From assembly GCA_951406725.2 (NCBI GenBank), contig OX597823.1, positions 102,486,001 to 102,550,000 on the forward strand: a stretch of DNA of 64,000 bases, written 5' to 3'. Shown in pieces: positions 25,160-38,630 of the stretch (its first letter is position 1; each line of letters starts with the position of its first letter). The position numbers were made by a program, and so were the translations under genes. The stretch is from Octopus vulgaris (Eukaryota). The notes under the pieces were generated by a model. The model searched no databases. It was given only the letters and a program-made list of their open reading frames with translations, and was not told the origin of the DNA.

Positions 25160-27357
25160 GGTTCTTCACAGGCAAAGAACGTAGGTATAAGATTTTCTGG
25201 CCAGGGAACACTGACAGAGCCAGGAGCGTGGGTATACTTCTTGTGGAAAAATGGGTTGATAAGCTAATCAAGGTAGTCAGTCTGTGATAGAATCCATAAG
25301 ATTAGATTAGTGCTGCAACATGGATTAGCAACCATTATCTCAGCCTATGCCCCTCAGCCAGGGCTACCTGATGAACAGAAAGACTGATTTTATGACACCC
25401 TCTTGTCGACGAATGACAGGGACCTGCTCTTTGTGGCTTGGCAACTTCAATGGGCATGTTGGACAACATGCAGGGGGCTTCCATGGCGTACATGGAGGTT
25501 ATGGTTTTGGTTCTCATAGTGAGAAGGGAACCAGGTTGCTGGAGTTCTGTGATGCAAATGATCTTATGGTTAGTAATACTAACTTCAGGAAACCTATCAG
25601 TCACCTATTCACTTACCGATCTGGTGGACACACTAGTCAAATTGACTACATCCTTACCAGGAAACAGGTAAGATGGCTATTTATAAATGCCAGAACCTTC
25701 CCAGGTGAAGAATGCACCCCACAACAAGATTAGTAGTTAGCAACTTCAGGATCAGGGCTAAGTGGATGCCCAGAAGACAGCTAGCATGGAGAAGAAGGGT
25801 CGGAAAGCTTAAGGATCCTGTGAATGGACAGAGATTTAGAGACATATTACTCAAAGCTTTTGATGAAATAGAGGAGGATATAGCATCACATGATGTGGAA
25901 GATAATTGGAGGTTTCTACGGGACAACCTGTTGAGGGCTACTGACCAGATCTGTGGATGGTGCAAAGTCCCCTCTTGACCCAAGGTAACATGGTGGTGGA
26001 ACAATGTAGTTGACAGGGCCGTTAGGGAAAAGAAACAGGCATGGAAGGACTGGAAGAATGGTGGTAGCAGGGAATTGAGTCAGACTGCAAGAAGAGAAGC
26101 TAGGAGACAAGTTTATTTAGCCAGAGGAGAAGCAGATAAGAAAAAATTTGCCAATGTTCTGTGTTACGAGGACCAAAGACTTGAGGTGTTTCGCGTTGCA
26201 TGACAGTGTGTGAGAGAGAATCGTGATGTCATAGAGAAATGTGTCCACATGGATGATGGCTCACTTGCATTTAATGATGCTGCAAGAAGAGAGACTTGGA
26301 GATGCCACTATGAAAAGTTGCTAAATGAAGAGAATGAATGGGAGAAAGAGAGTCTGCCGAAAGTTGGCCCAACAGAGGGACCAGCTATCTGAATTGACAG
26401 TACCTTGGTAGATAAAACAATTAAGAGTATGAAGACAGGGAAAGCCCCCTGGCCCATCAGTAGTCACCACAGAGATGCTTAAAATATCTGGCAGTGTCAG
26501 CGAAAGTCTAGTCACCCATATAGTCAATACATAATACATGAAGCAGTCATACCCAATGACTGGTGTAGCAGCACCATAGTTAATTACTACAAAAGTAAAG
26601 GCGATGCATTAGATACAAATAATTACAGAGGTATCAAGTTTTTGGATCAGGTAATGAAAGTCATGGAGAGGCTCATAGCTCAACTAATTAGGGAGAGAGT
26701 CAATCAAGATGAGATGCAGTTTGGGTTTGTGCCAGGGAAAAGCACCACTGATGCTATATTTCTGGTAAGACAGCTGCAGGAGAAATACCCAGCCAAAGAT
26801 AAACCTGTACCTAGCTTTCATTGACATGGAGAAAGCATTTGACAGGGTCCCCCGATCCTTTATCTGGTGGTCAATGCAGACACTAAGGATAGATGAATGG
26901 TTAGTGAGAGCTGTATAAGCCATGTACAGGGATGCTATCAGTAAAGTGAGGGTTGGCAACAAGTACAGTGAAGAATTCCAGGTAGAAGTAGAGTCCACCA
27001 AGGACCAGTCCTCAGCCCCCTCTTGTTCATCATAGTCCTCCAGGCAATAACAGAGGAATTCAAGACAGGATGCCCCTGGAAGCTCCTCTATGCTGATGAC
27101 CTTGCTCTAATAGCTGAGTCACTACCAGAACATGAGATGAAGTTTCAGGTGTGGAAGCAAGGTCTAGAATTGAAGGGCCTTAGAGTCAATCTAGCTAAAA
27201 CCAAAGTCTTAATAAGTAGGAAGATAGACAAACCACAAATCCCTTCAGGTAGACAGCCCTGCTCAGGTTGTAGAAAGGGTGTAGGTAGAAACTCCATTAG
27301 ATGTACCCAGTGTAAGCTATGGACACATAGGTGCAGCAATATCAAAGGAAGGCTATG
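25160..27357 (+). pseudogene. RTE-clade LINE ORF (AP endonuclease plus reverse transcriptase), multiple frameshifts and stops, truncated at both ends
   Basis: GNFNGHVG, GTRLLEFCDANDLMVSNTNF, SQIDYIL (APE); NYRGIK, QFGFVPGKSTTDAIF, DMEKAFDRVP, LSPLLFIIVL, LLYADDLAL (YADD at 27089-27100). Confidence 0.92.
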
Positions 27358-27418
27358 AGTGTATGTGTACATTATAGGTGGTACAGTTTATGACTTTAAG
27401 CCAGCCACAAAGTATATA

Positions 27419-27654
27419 CAGGTTTGGCCAAAAGTCAGCCAACAGTAAATCAAAATTCCATAAATACTATCTGTAATTCTGTATTGACTCGATTGGAAAA
27501 ATGTGTCGTTCATGGAGGACTTCAGTTTGAACAATTTTCATTTCATGTTTCATATGTAGATGCTTTTTATTAAATTCATTCAATAATTAAACATAAATAA
27601 ATCTTGGAGTTAAATGGTTTTGATTTACTGTCATGTGACATTTGGCCAAACCTG
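27419..27654. mobile_element. Tc1/mariner-type MITE (236 bp)
   Basis: ~37-bp TIRs CAGGTTTGGCCAAA.GTCA....ACAGTAAATCAAAA flanked by TA on both sides. Confidence 0.8.
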
Positions 27655-27714
27655 TATGTCATATAATTAGCTAGGAAAATGAAAGCAGTCAGCCATATAT
27701 ATATATATATTTAT

Positions 27715-27990
27715 CGCTTGACTGGTCCCATGCTAGTGTCACATAAAAAGCCCCATTGGAGCATGATCATTGCCAGTGCTGCCTGACTGGCTCTCGTGCC
27801 AGTGGCATGTAAAAGGCACCCACTACACTCTCAGAGTGGTTGGTGTTAGGAAGGGCATCCAACTGTAGAAACTCTGCCAGATCAGATTGGAGCCTGGTGC
27901 AGCCTTCTGGCTCGCCAGCCCTCAGTCAAACCATCCAACTCATGCCAGCATGGAAAGCAGACGTTAAATGATGATGATGATGATGATGCT
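27715..27990 (+). mobile_element. RTE LINE 3' fragment
   Basis: Family 3' end plus (GAT)n. Confidence 0.8.
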
Positions 27991-28013
27991 ATATATACAC
28001 ACATAATCTATAT

Positions 28014-28811
28014 CAGAGGCGACTCCAGGTCATCAGTGTCACTCTGGCTCATCACAGATTTCGTCACTCATGCTCTTCACAGATTTCACGTGAGACACAT
28101 GCCCGCTCAAAGAATTTCACATATTTCCACACTACTTCTAGCCCCAAATGGTTTATTTTTTTTTATATCTAGCACAATGTCTTCATTTCTAAGTTAAGGG
28201 TAAAAATAAAGCAACCCTGAAAAACCCTGTACTCACAGACGCACAGAATAACCAGCAATAAAATAACGACGGCAGAGTGCACAACAAGCATCAATGATCT
28301 GACTGTCACCTATACTCTTGACAAATGATGTCAGTCAGTTTTTTAAACCTGCCAAGCTTGTTTGTATTAGCCAGAGTTGTTGGAATAATTTTTCATTCCT
28401 TTAAGAATATTGTTGAATGGAAACTTTTCATAGATTGGAATTTAAATCCTAATCTCTATAGAAATTTTTTGGTCAAGGAAACAGAATTTGGATTAATTTT
28501 AATTTCTATGATTATCAATAACAACTCTGGCTGTAACTTCTGAGCCCCAAGTCAGGTGTGTGTGAACAATGTCAAGAGAACATCTGCTATGAATGATATT
28601 TTTTGACACAGGGCACCTCTAAGACAACTGCCAGATGCTGAATGAAAATAAATGAATTGTGATCAGGTTCAATAAAAGGAGCCTGAATTATGGGCTGCAA
28701 TTACATACTTGAAGTCAGTGTTGACAGAAATTAAATCAGCTTGCAAACACTCATTCACTAAATTTTTACTCGCGATAAGCCCAAACAGCCCAAGTGCCGG
28801 AGTCACCACTG
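28014..28811. mobile_element. Possible hAT-like non-autonomous element
   Basis: Termini CAGAGGCGACTCC versus reverse complement CAGTGGTGACTCC (11/13); flanking 8-mers match only 5/8. Confidence 0.4.
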
Positions 28812-29937
28812 ATGTGTGTGTGTGTGTGTGCATGTGTTTATGCTGCCTTGTCTTGGCATTGTGTGATAGTTAGAAACAAGTGTCACTGTCATATAAGCAG
28901 TGTAATTCATTTCCAATTTTCCATGAAAACTTGACTGGTCACAAGGAAATATTACCTTGCTTAGAAACGAGTGAGGGTTGGTAACAGGAAAGGCATTTGA
29001 CTGTAGAAAATCTGCTTCAATAAATTCTGTCTGACACATGCAAGTTGGAAAAATGGATATTAAAACAATGATGATGATGCTGAACTCCAAATTCAAAGTT
29101 GATGGGAAACTACTCCTATATCTTCTGCTGAATCATTACATAAAAACATCTGTGGTAGTATTTCAATGACTCAGTAGCTTATATGATATTACTGCTGGCT
29201 TATACTTCTGTATAATTTAGAAGCTTACATTCTATGAGTGGGTGTTTATTTCATTTTTAACATTATCCCTGTTCCTTTTAATACTGGTATATTACAACTG
29301 ATGCCTGCCTATTACTTTGTTTATTTTCCTGCTGACTATTAATAATTTTTTTGTTTTCTGGGAAATTCAAAGACCTTTTTGTTAATCCATCGACTGGTGG
29401 TTATTGTTTATGTGCTACTATTCTAGTGACATTTCTCTAAGTATGCATACACACAAATAACCGTATTAAAAACTGATATAAATACACTTGTATTAGTAAA
29501 TCATATATAAAGGTCACCATATTAATCGTTTGGATTTTTGAGATCAGCAAATATTCTAAATGATATATATTTCATTTAAAAAATAAACTCTTCTGCACTG
29601 ATTCTTTCTAGAATAATATTGCTATCCAGAAATATCGTGAAGAAGCTGTATGTATGGTTTAGATTCAGTTATAGAAATTGGCAACCCGAGTCACATGTTC
29701 CCCATGCTATATTTGAAAAAAATTCCTTTGGGATTGAATCTTTTGGAATGAAAACTCTATACAATGGTATGTAGTTGTACATAACTGTAATATTTCTTTC
29801 TCTAAACCAAACAAGTCTCTGAGATTTTCCAGAAAGAAATTTATGTGTAGTGCTTATCAAGAAAAAGTGATTAAATACTGAGTCTAGTACAAATTCATAG
29901 CTGATTGTTTAACTCTATTATTATTATTTTTATTATT

Positions 29938-30095
29938 TAAGGTGGCGAGCTGGCAAAATCATTAGCACACCGGACAGAATGCTTAGTTGTATTTTGTCTG
30001 CCACTACATTCTAAGTTCAAATTCTGCTAAGGTCAACTTTGCCTTTCATCCTTTCAGGGTTGATAAATTAAGTACCAATGAAATACTAGGGTGAA
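29938..30095 (+). mobile_element. SINE family B (partial)
   Basis: GGTGGCGAGCTGGCAAAATCATTAGCAC...GCCTTTCATCCTTTCAGGG. Confidence 0.7.
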
Positions 30096-30099
30096 AGAT

Positions 30100-30500
30100 A
30101 AATATTATTTAATAAGCACATATGTTTTTATGAGCTGCTAATAGTTTCATGTGATGTAAACAACTCAGCATTTTATAACACATCTAGTGTCTTCACACAA
30201 TCCTCAGGCTCTGTGCACATGCATAACAAGCTAAAACAGGATAATAGAATAAGAGAAAAGGAATGTAGAAAGTTGAAAATACCGGAAAACAAGAAAGAAA
30301 AAAAGCGGGAGAGAATTAGAGTTATGTACACTTTAACTGTAAAACCATAAGGCTGAAATGGATAGGGATCGATAGTCTGCAGTACAGCTGCTCAATCTGC
30401 AGAAGGTGGTATTTTCCAATTTGCCAACAGAAACTTATCCAGATGTTTATATCTGCTGAAAATTTCAGATTTGAATTTCAGCAGATTAGTGGAGTTGTGA
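30100..30500 (-). mobile_element. Penelope-like element 3' end with hammerhead motif (30132-30211)
   Basis: Minus strand NLLKFKSEIFSRYKHLDKFLLANWKIPP (PLE endonuclease C-terminus), then UTR, then GAGC-CUGAGGA-(long stem II)-GAAAC-uauua-GCA-GCUC. Confidence 0.65.
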
Positions 30501-30619
30501 ATATATATAAATTCTTTTAATCGTTTAATAGTTCCAGTCTTAGGACTGCAGCCATGCTGGACCACTGCCTTAATTTTCTATCAGTTTTGTGGTCACTTTA
30601 TGACTCGAAATTGGTCTAT

Positions 30620-31265
30620 GATTGTGTTTGTAGCAGCTGATCTTCCATGAATGGTTGACTTATATCGTATCATCGTTAGGAATTTATCCAATATTTTTTG
30701 GAATGTTTCAGTGGAGGTCCCTTTTAAATTCTGATTTCTTTTGGTAGGCAGTTGAATAATTGAGGACCTCTAAATATCAAACTAGTACAATAGAGTATTT
30801 TTGCTTGCAATTTCAAAGATGGTATGTTTGGAAGCTGACAGTATCTATTAGTTCATGTATTAAAATTCTCTCTAATGCTGAAGTTTGAAACATGCCCTTC
30901 CAGTATTTTCCGTACATATATAATAGTATATCTCTTTCCTCAGCATTCGAGAGAGTAGAGACTCAGAGCTTTTGGATGTTCCCAGTAATTAAAGATTTTT
31001 AACCAAAGTTATTTTACTTGTGAACATTCTTTGTAACCCCTCAATTTCTTTTATGAGACTAGATGAGTTTGGAGGCCAAAACTGTGAGAGTAATCTAATC
31101 TGCTCAGAACTAAACTTTCCCATAGAGTCAACATGACTACCAGACTTCTTGTCATGAAGGTTTGTAGGATTTGTCCCATAAGATGTCCACATTTAGAGGT
31201 CAGTTTGGTGATATGTCTGGTGAAAGATGCATCTTTTGATATGATTACATCTAAGTCCTGTATAT
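30620..31265 (-). pseudogene. CR1/L2-like LINE RT C-terminal fragment
   Basis: DLDVIISKDASFTRHI...MLTLWESLVLSRLDYS; IKEIEGLQRMFTSKI...NYWE...VYSLE...RYTIIYVRKILEG. Confidence 0.7.
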
Positions 31266-31802
31266 TTCCTCTACTGCTTGGCAACTGGTGTTGCTTTATG
31301 TTCCTGTAACTTAGCAGTTTGGCAAAAGAGACCAATAGACTTTAAAAAATAAGTAGTGGGGTCGAATGTTTGACTTCAAGGCATTGTCACAGCAGGGCTA
31401 CAGTCTAATGACTAAAACAAGTAAAAGGTAAAAGTGGCTGTAACATGTTGTTGAGTGAATTACTTACCAATAAGGTTGAAGGCTTTTTTGGTTGGATATG
31501 GAGTGTGTGTGTGTGTGGAGCATCTCACCATCCCAGATTCCTAATGTGAATCACACTTGTATTTTTAAAGTGCTCACATCTGTTCAACACTGAATTCTTT
31601 TTTTTTTTTTTAAGTGTTAAGAGGTGACCTAACCTTTGAGAAGCAGTTTTGGCAGTGTTGTAGATTTGGTTACTTACTGGTTCTCACATCTTTGTTTTAA
31701 GCTTTGGGCAAATACTTTGTAATTGAATGTGATGGAGGGTTTTTTTTTTTTGTTAGGATTTTATATTACAATCTTTTTTCTGTAGCAAAAATTAAGATTT
31801 AA

Positions 31803-32030
31803 AGGCGGTGAGCTGGCAGAAACATTAGCACGCCCGTCAAAATGCTTAACGGTATTTCGTCTACCGTTACATTCTGAGTTCAAATTCCGCCGAGGTTGAC
31901 TTTGCCTTTCATCCTTTTGGGGTCGATAAATTAAGTACCAGTTACGCACTAGGGTTGATATAATCGACTTAATCCCTTTGTCCTTGTTTGTCCTCTCTGT
32001 GTTTAGCCTCTTGTGGGCAATAAAGAAATA
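31803..32030 (+). mobile_element. Full-length SINE family B
   Basis: GGCGGTGAGCTGGCAGAAACATTAGCAC...GAGTTCAAATTCC...GGCAATAAAGAAATA. Confidence 0.8.
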
Positions 32031-32656
32031 AGAATTAAGATTTAGATATATTTTGTGTATTATTCATTAATAGAAACTTCTAAAATTGAGTCATTTGATG
32101 TGTGTGTGTGGGAAAGAAAGAGAGCTGGTTGTTATACATAAGGATGATTTAGAAAGTAGGAGTGATTGTAATGAATAGCAACCAGTTTATAGTATGAGAT
32201 GCTTATTGCTGTAAGTTTGAGACAAAGCTTTTTTTTATGATAATTGCTGGCTGATAATTAATTTCAATTGAAGAGTTTGGAGCCCATCAATTGGGATAAT
32301 AACCATTTAATAACATTATCCTGGATTATATTAAATGGCTATTTTCTGTAGTTAGTCTGGATAAGAAATGCTTTGTGCCTAGTTTTTATATTGACCTCCC
32401 TAGACTAGGTGAGCTTTATGTAATTGAAGTGTTGGAGAGAAAAAAAAGTTTTTCTGTCATGTTGTTCTGTGAAGAAAGATCGAATAAATTACTTAGTTTG
32501 GTATTTGGTAGTAATTTGAAATTCTTTCTGATGATAAGTAACAAATTCATCAAATGGGATAGTGTAAAGTTGATTAGTAGAGGTCAATGTAGTTTACAAA
32601 GATGAGTCAGACAGAGGACTCAGCATGAGAGTGGGCAAGTATTTGTTGCTTATCAA

Positions 32657-32900
32657 TCATCATCATCATCGTTTAACATCCGCTTTCCATGCTGGCATGG
32701 GTTGGATGGTTTGACTGAAGACTGGTGAGCTAGAGGCTGCACCAGGCTCAATCTGATCTGGCAAAGTTTCTACAGCTGGGTGCCCTTCCTAACGTCAACC
32801 ACTCCGAGAGTGTAGTGGGTGCTTTTACGTGACACCGGCACAGGGGCCAGTCACGCGGTACTGGTAATGACCACACTCAAAAGGTGTTTTTTACATGCTA
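32657..32900 (-). mobile_element. RTE LINE 3' fragment
   Basis: (CAT)n plus family 3' end. Confidence 0.8.
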
Positions 32901-34696
32901 CCAATAAGTTTAAATTTGCATACACCTCTTTTCCTATGAAAAATAGGCATAAGTAGTTGTTGGTACATTAAGGTGGGTAAGCAGTATTTTGTTTAGTATT
33001 AGTTTGAGCAGCAGACCTCTATGATAAAAATGTGCTAGTTGCTATGACTATCTCATCATTTTTACAAGTAATGCATCTAGGGCTACAATATTCAATGTGT
33101 GATTTTTTTAATAAGTAGTTGGGTAAAGTTTGAAGGAGTTTTTGTTACTATTTCTTGCAGGTTGAGCAAAGCGCATAGAGGCTCATAGATAAGTTGTATG
33201 TTAGTGTGTGTGTGTGTTGTACTTAGATGATTTACAGAAGAGGAGGAAGAGAAAAATCACATGGAAAATATATTTCATAGAATATCACACACCACACATA
33301 TGTTATTATTAATATCCTGACAACCTATCCCTAAATATCTCACATCCTGAATAACAGTTGCTCAGGGATGTTTGGTTCTGGCCATTCTGATTGAGCATTA
33401 AGAGCTCCTTAACAAAAATTGTTTCAGAGCATTAATAATAGCAATTGTATTGTGTGTATGTGATATTTAAGTGATTTTTGGTTTATTATTCAATCAAATT
33501 CTTAAAGAAGTTATCAACATTTTAATCTTCTTAATTCCTTGATTGCCCCTTACCAAAATTAAACTTATAAACATAGGTATTTTTCATAAGTGGAGTATTT
33601 TCACCCCCTTCCCTATAGATGGGTACCTACAAGAGAATGAGACTAAATGAAAATAGGAATAAATTTGTTAGATCTGGCATGAAATAAGAGTCTTAACAGA
33701 TGAGATGACACACATGTTTATTGTTATCAGCACATTATCATAATCATTGTGTGTAAGCAGCTGCCTCATCTACTGTAAATCACACTTGTTAGCATCTGTT
33801 CAATGCTGAAGTATTCATTATTTACTATGAAGAGATGGCCTAACCTTTGGGATGCACAGCAATTACAGCACAAACCAAAATAGCTGTTTTAAATTGCGAG
33901 GGAGGACATTTGTGTAGTTACAGTGCTAGAGTACTGACAACAGTTAATTAGTTTAATCCTTATGCAAATATCGTTATGCCTCCAGGCACATCACATAGCT
34001 CTGACTGGCTTGTTTTACTCCTACTTCACGGTTAAGTGGTAAGGAGTAGAATGGGCATCTAGCTGTAAATAAAGAAAAAAAAAGCATTGCTTTCATAAAA
34101 AACCATCTCACTCATGTTAGCATAGAAAATAAACATGAAATAATAAATGGAAAATATTTGATGATTTATTGCTTCATAAACAACATAAATATATATAATA
34201 CTAGTCAGTGTTTTAATAATAACTGTCTTTGGTTTCAGGATGTGTCTGGTGTTGAAATATTTTCAAAACATTTTATATTACTGTGAAAGCAGTATTTGTG
34301 CCCTTTGTGTATGTATACATGCATATATGTGTGTGTGTGGTGTGTGTTTTATACATATGTATATAAATATATATATATTCACGTGTTTGTATATATACAT
34401 GCATATATATATATATATATATATATGTGTGCCTATGCCCGTATGTGCATAGTGTTTTGAATTACATATGGGAATACTTATGTACATAGGTAAACAAGGT
34501 GCTTCTGTGAGTATCGTCCTCCTGTCTCTCTTCCTTTCACTCGCAGGCTTTTGTACACAGACCTTTTTGTAAACATGTGTATGTGTTTGTTTAGCTTTGA
34601 TGTAGGATGTATTTATCTAGCTTAGGTGATTTGACTTAGTGGGGGAGAAAAAAGAAGAAAAATGAAGAAATTTTTGCAGTGTCTTATCTCCTGAAA

Positions 34697-35430
34697 TTTT
34701 ACTTGTTTCAGTCATTTGACTGTGGCCATGCTGGAGCACCACTTTTAGTCAAGCAAATCAACCCCAGGACTTATTCTTTGTAAGCCTAGTACTTATTCTA
34801 TCGGTTTCATTTGCCGAACTGCTAAGTTACGAGAACATAAACTCCCCAGCATCGGTTGTCAAGCAATTGTGGGGGTGGAGACAAACACACACACACACAC
34901 ACATATATATATACGACAGGCTTCTTTCACTTTCCGTCTACCAAATAAACTCACAAGACATTGGTCAGTCCGAGGCTATAGTAGAAGACACTTGCCCAGG
35001 ATGCCATGCAATGGGACTGAACCCGGAACCATGTGGTTGGTAAGCAAGCTACTTACCACACAGCCACTCTTAAGCCTGTGTATATACATATATTTTTTTA
35101 TCTTTTACTTGTTTCAGTCATTAGACTATGGTCATGCTGGGGCACCACCTTGAATTTTTAGTCAAAGGAATCAACTCCAGTATTATTTTTTTTAAGCCTG
35201 GTACTTACACTATCGGTGTCGTTTGTCAAACAGTAGTTGGTGACAAACACAAACACACATTTATATATATACGATGGGCTTCTTTCAGTTTCCATCTACG
35301 AAATCCACTCACAAGGCTTTAGTCAGCCTGAGACTATAGTAGATGACTCTTACCCAAAGTAACATGCAGTGGGAATGAACCTGGAACTATGTGGTTGGGA
35401 AACCTGCTTCTTACCACACAGCCATACTTA
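34697..35430 (-). mobile_element. Two tandem SINE family A copies
   Basis: 34697-35070 and 35100-35430 each match family A. Confidence 0.8.
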
Positions 35431-36735
35431 CTCACACACACGCACATGCACACACACACACACATTTCATAGAGCAATGACTCTTAGGAGACTGGTCTGA
35501 GTTCTTTCTCTACAGAATTGTACGTAGGGAAGCACGCTGTTTCCCCTCAATAGTCAGAGTTCAAAGTTAATGCATTAATAAGGAAATAGATAAGTTCATG
35601 TCAATAGGAATTTAAATTTAATGCATGAATAAATAATTATTATCTATTGAATCATCAAATCATCAAATCATGAATTCTTTTAAAACTCATTCATTAACTT
35701 ATTTATTCAATTAATTTAAAATGTTCTTTAAGAACTCTTTGAAAAATAATTTCATAAATAAATTATTAAATCAGTAATTTTTTTACAATTATTAATGCAC
35801 AAATAAAGCGATAAAAAAACCAGGCTCTTCTGGACGAATAATTATGATTGCCATTATTATTTAGTGAATGATTATTGGACTTATGCATTGGGTGCTTTGT
35901 CTTACATTATGGTTTTCCTTCGTTTTTAAACAGAAACATTCAATCATATATATGTATGTGCAGATGTCTCTCTATAAGACACACACACACACACATGTAT
36001 ATGATACATACACACATGATGAGAATTCACTCTCAAGGTTTTGGTCAGCCTGGGGTTATAGTGGAAAACACTTGTCCATGGTGCTGCACAGTGGAGCTTA
36101 ACCAAAGACCACATGATTCATGTCTGCATGTGTATTTGTGTGAATTATGTTATTGTTTTGTACAAACTATTATATTTTTTCTTTGCATCATCAAAACAGG
36201 AATCTAGTGAAGTGGTTAACTTACATTCCAGTAGTTCAATATTTGATGTCTCTGTATTCACTTCTCTCTAAACTCATCTTAACATTATAAACCTGATCAG
36301 GTAATTTTTTTTATTCTGTTAATGTTTAGCTTAGGTGTACATCAGTGAACATCTGGTTAATATTTTTACAGCTAACCTTAACAAGGAACATAACTGCTTA
36401 GCACAAATTATGTTTGAAAATCATTTTCCAAACCTGACTCTTTCTGTGAAATCATGGTTGTCTGCTTTTGGTTTAAAATCTATTTTGGTACTCTGTATGT
36501 AAGAGCATCTCATGTAAGATGGTGAATTAGCAGAGTTATTAGAACAATAGAACCAGATTTTTAAAAATAATCAATAGGGTCAATTTGTTCCGCTAAACCT
36601 TTCACGGCAGTGCCCCAGCATGGCCATAGTCCAATGACTGAAACAAGTAAAAGATAAAAGGTACTGAAAATATATGTTGTTGAAAAACCTGAAGCTGCAG
36701 TTCTTCATCCAGGAAGAAACCCTTTTTATAGAAGT

Positions 36736-37200
36736 CATCATCATCGTTTAACGTCCGTTTTCCATGCTAGCATGGGTTGGACGATTTTGACTGAGGGCTG
36801 GCAACCAGATGGCTGCATCAGACTCCAGTCTTGATCTGGCAGAGTTTCTACAGCTGGATGCCCTTCCTAACGCCAACTACTCCGAGAGTGTAGTGTGTGC
36901 TTTTTACGTGCCACCGGCACGGGGGCCAGTCAGGTGGTACTGGCAATGACCTCGCTCGAATCTTTTTACACGTGCCAGTGAAGCGATGTTGGTAACGATC
37001 ATGCTCGAATGGTGCCCTTTTACATGCCATGGGTACGGAAGCCAATTGGCTGCTCTGGGAGTGATCACGCTCAGATGGTGTTCTTGACATAAGTGCCAGT
37101 AAGGTGACGCTGGTAACGATCATACTCGAATAGCCGCTCTGTCAATGATCACACTCATATGGTGCTCTTTGCACCCCACTAGCACGGATGCCAGTCATCA
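36736..37200 (-). mobile_element. RTE LINE 3' fragment with multiple minisatellite units
   Basis: (CAT)n plus family 3' end plus ~5 degenerate units. Confidence 0.8.
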
Positions 37201-37616
37201 TGAAAAGCACAATATACTTTTGAGTTGGTTCTGTGCCTTCAGAGTTTAAATCTCACATCCTGTCACCATGAAGTATCTGCTGGTACTTCTGTCAGAAGTT
37301 GACAAACTGACCAGCAGAAAGAAAATTAAAGATGTCTCCAACAAACAGGCAACTCATGAAGTGTAATCCCAAATAAAATATACACTTGAAATTTGCAATC
37401 TTCTAGGGTAAATGGAGAATGCTTTCATGCATAGCCTGCAAATTCCCCAAGAAGTAAGTTTTGGAAAAACTTCTTTTGTTCCAAACCACATGGTTCTGTT
37501 TCAGTTCCAGTGCATGGCATCTTGGGCAAGTATCTTTTATTATAGTCCCAGACCGAGCAAAATCCTATAACTGAATTTGATAGACAGAAGCTGGAAGAAG
37601 GCCTTTATATATAATT

Positions 37617-37672
<56 letters not shown>

Positions 37673-37688
<16 letters not shown>

Positions 37689-37888
37689 ATCAAAGCAAGA
37701 AACTCAGAAGAGGGCAGCTGTGTCGTACTCCCTCTATTACCAAATACTAATCACATAAGAATGGTCACTGAAAACGTGTCATCACATTTTCAGTGACCAT
37801 TCTTATGTGATTAGTATTTGGTAATAGAGGGAGTACGACACAGCTGCCCTCTTCTGAGTTTCTTGCTTTGATACACACACACACACAC
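37673..37888. repeat. Near-perfect palindrome, 106-bp arms, 4-nt loop
   Basis: 37673-37778 is the reverse complement of 37783-37888 with one mismatch seen (near the loop, CG vs TG); loop TCAT. It lies between the two halves of a family-A SINE (~37470-38100). Confidence 0.95.
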
Positions 37889-38630
37889 GTACGTTTGGAT
37901 CCCACCACTGCTTGACAACCAATGTTGGTTTGTTTATGTCCCTATAACTTAGCAGTTTGGCAAAAAGAGACTGACAGAACATATACCATATTTACTTTAA
38001 AAAATAAGTACTGGGGTCCATCGGTTCGGCTAAATTCTTCAAGCTGATGCCCCAGTATGTGCACGGTCCAATGACTGAAACAAGTAAGAAATAAAAGATC
38101 TATCATACTTCAGAACTACTAAGGTCTCTAGATCCCTCTAATAGATCCTAATTATAATGATTTACGAGTTTATATTTTCTTACCATTGCCATCTAATTGG
38201 TATGACTGCTACTAAATGGACTTAATTACATTGAGACAATCTGTTGTTGTAACTTGGCTTTTTGCAAACAACTGAAATGTTGGAACTTGCAACATAATCT
38301 TTTGGTTCTTGATTCTGCTGCTAACTACTCACCTTTTATGCATGTGTAGTGTTTCATATAGAAAATAATTGATAGATATTCTCTTTCTTTCGATAGTATC
38401 GTTTTCAGTTGCCTCTTAATTGATAACTTTAATTAATCTGCCGTTTTCATTTTTATCTTTCACTGATAGCATTTTCTTGTTTAATGATCTATTCAGTCTT
38501 CATTAATTTCAATTTTGTATTCTTTGTTGTTGTGGTAGAACTTTGTTAGCTGTTGAAGGAATTGTACAAATACTTTAAAAACAAACAAAAAAAAATTCTA
38601 ATTCTAACAGATTATGTTTCTGTTGTTTGA

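Noticed and set aside
33380-33430. Another hammerhead-like motif (CTGATTGAGC...)
   Set aside because: No GAAA core partner and irregular spacing.
37700-37782. Hammerhead inside the palindrome arm (CAGAAGA...GAAAACGTGTC)
   Set aside because: The core reads CAGAAGA rather than CUGANGA, and no convincing stem I or II closes it.
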